Assembly: GCF_009914755.1 (NCBI RefSeq) | Contig: NC_060935.1 | Length of the DNA: 64,000 bases | Reading direction: 5' to 3' (one strand) | DNA from: the human T2T-CHM13v2.0 reference genome, Homo sapiens | In this document: positions 63,126 to 64,000 of the stretch, one piece after another | How the letters are laid out: every line of letters begins with the position of its first letter | Position numbering within the stretch: the first letter of the stretch is position 1 | The notes under the pieces: model-generated | What the model saw: only the letters and a program-made list of their open reading frames with translations | Told to the model about the DNA's origin: nothing | Databases searched by the model: none | Made by a program: the position numbers and the translations under genes

Positions 63126-64000
63126 AAAATTTGGCTGCCACCTCCATCTGCTATGCTTTCCTCGGTCTAGTTTTTCTTTCAGGATTCTAATACAACTTTG
63201 GAGGAAGCTACCAATTGGTAGATCAAGTTGGAGTGAGTGCTATGTGGGTCAGGGAAATCTGGCTCAGAAGCCAGCTAAGGCAGGATGCATCAGGTACATG
63301 TAGGCATTTGGAACTCAGGGGGCTGCACCGTAAAAGGTATCCTCTTATCCTCAAGTTTGAGATGTGGGTGTCAGGAAGCTTCTGGAAGAGATACTCAGTG
63401 GACACTCAACAGTTATACATTTGTGCTCTGCCAACTGAATGAATGATTGCCATGAACACAGGAAACTCCTGAGAGCCTCCTTTAGCAGGGAAGCCCTTTA
63501 ATTGTATTTCTAAAATATCATCTGCCTCTATTCTGACACTTCTGTTTCCACTGCACTGCCTTAGCTAAGGTTCACTTTATCCCTCTCCCGAGGAGATACT
63601 GAAGGATCTGTCTTAAAAGCAAGTGCCAATGGTGAAAATCCCCTACTTACTCCTCATTGGAGAATATGGGAGTCCCAGCCTAGGGCTGCGGAGGTTTGCA
63701 CAGATGTTAACTATCAGATAGAGATAAAAAGGGTGTTTGCTGCCCTTTTAATCAATTGATGACCCTTTATAGCAATTCTTCTTGTAGACAGTGACCCTCT
63801 TTTATTGCTAGCTGCCAAAGACAATTTGCTGTATACTCATCTCCCCCTGCCTGGAGTCCCAGATTTACTGCTTTGCACCAATCTAAACAAAGTGGCAGAT
63901 AGTAAAGCATTTCACCATTATTCAACCTAGAAACTAAAAACTTTTCCAGATAAAAGAAAACGGAGAGAGAGACTTAGGCCAATCTAATTCAAAGGCTCTT

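Overview
Human genomic DNA: an AluYa5 with all five diagnostic substitutions is present, and that subfamily is essentially human-specific. I can support no protein-coding exon, RNA gene, CpG-island promoter or CRISPR array. The only recognisable translations in the ORF track are decayed LINE-1 ORF1/ORF2 pieces; the remaining ORFs look like chance ORFs in Alu, LTR, MIR and microsatellite sequence. The window is intergenic or deep intronic and dense with transposon fossils: MIR, L2, MaLR/ERVL LTRs, MER DNA transposons, five near-full Alus plus one Alu stub, and several L1s. Between them are repeat-free, AT-rich, homeobox-motif-rich islands (strongest at about 20.65-21.5, 39.2-39.9 and 55.2-55.5 kb) that look like conserved non-coding developmental enhancers. 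Together they suggest part of a long-range regulatory landscape for a gene outside the window (inference). The most striking structures visible directly in the sequence are in the 57-61 kb L1 cluster: a ~320-bp templated duplication inside an L1MA, a short inverted RT fragment with a fold-back hairpin at that L1's 5' junction, an internal L1 fragment lacking both ends, and the young AluYa5 inserted just upstream of its ORF2 start. Repeat family names are from recall of consensus sequences, and boundaries of old repeats are approximate. I could not identify the chromosomal locus and found no support for a novel coding system.
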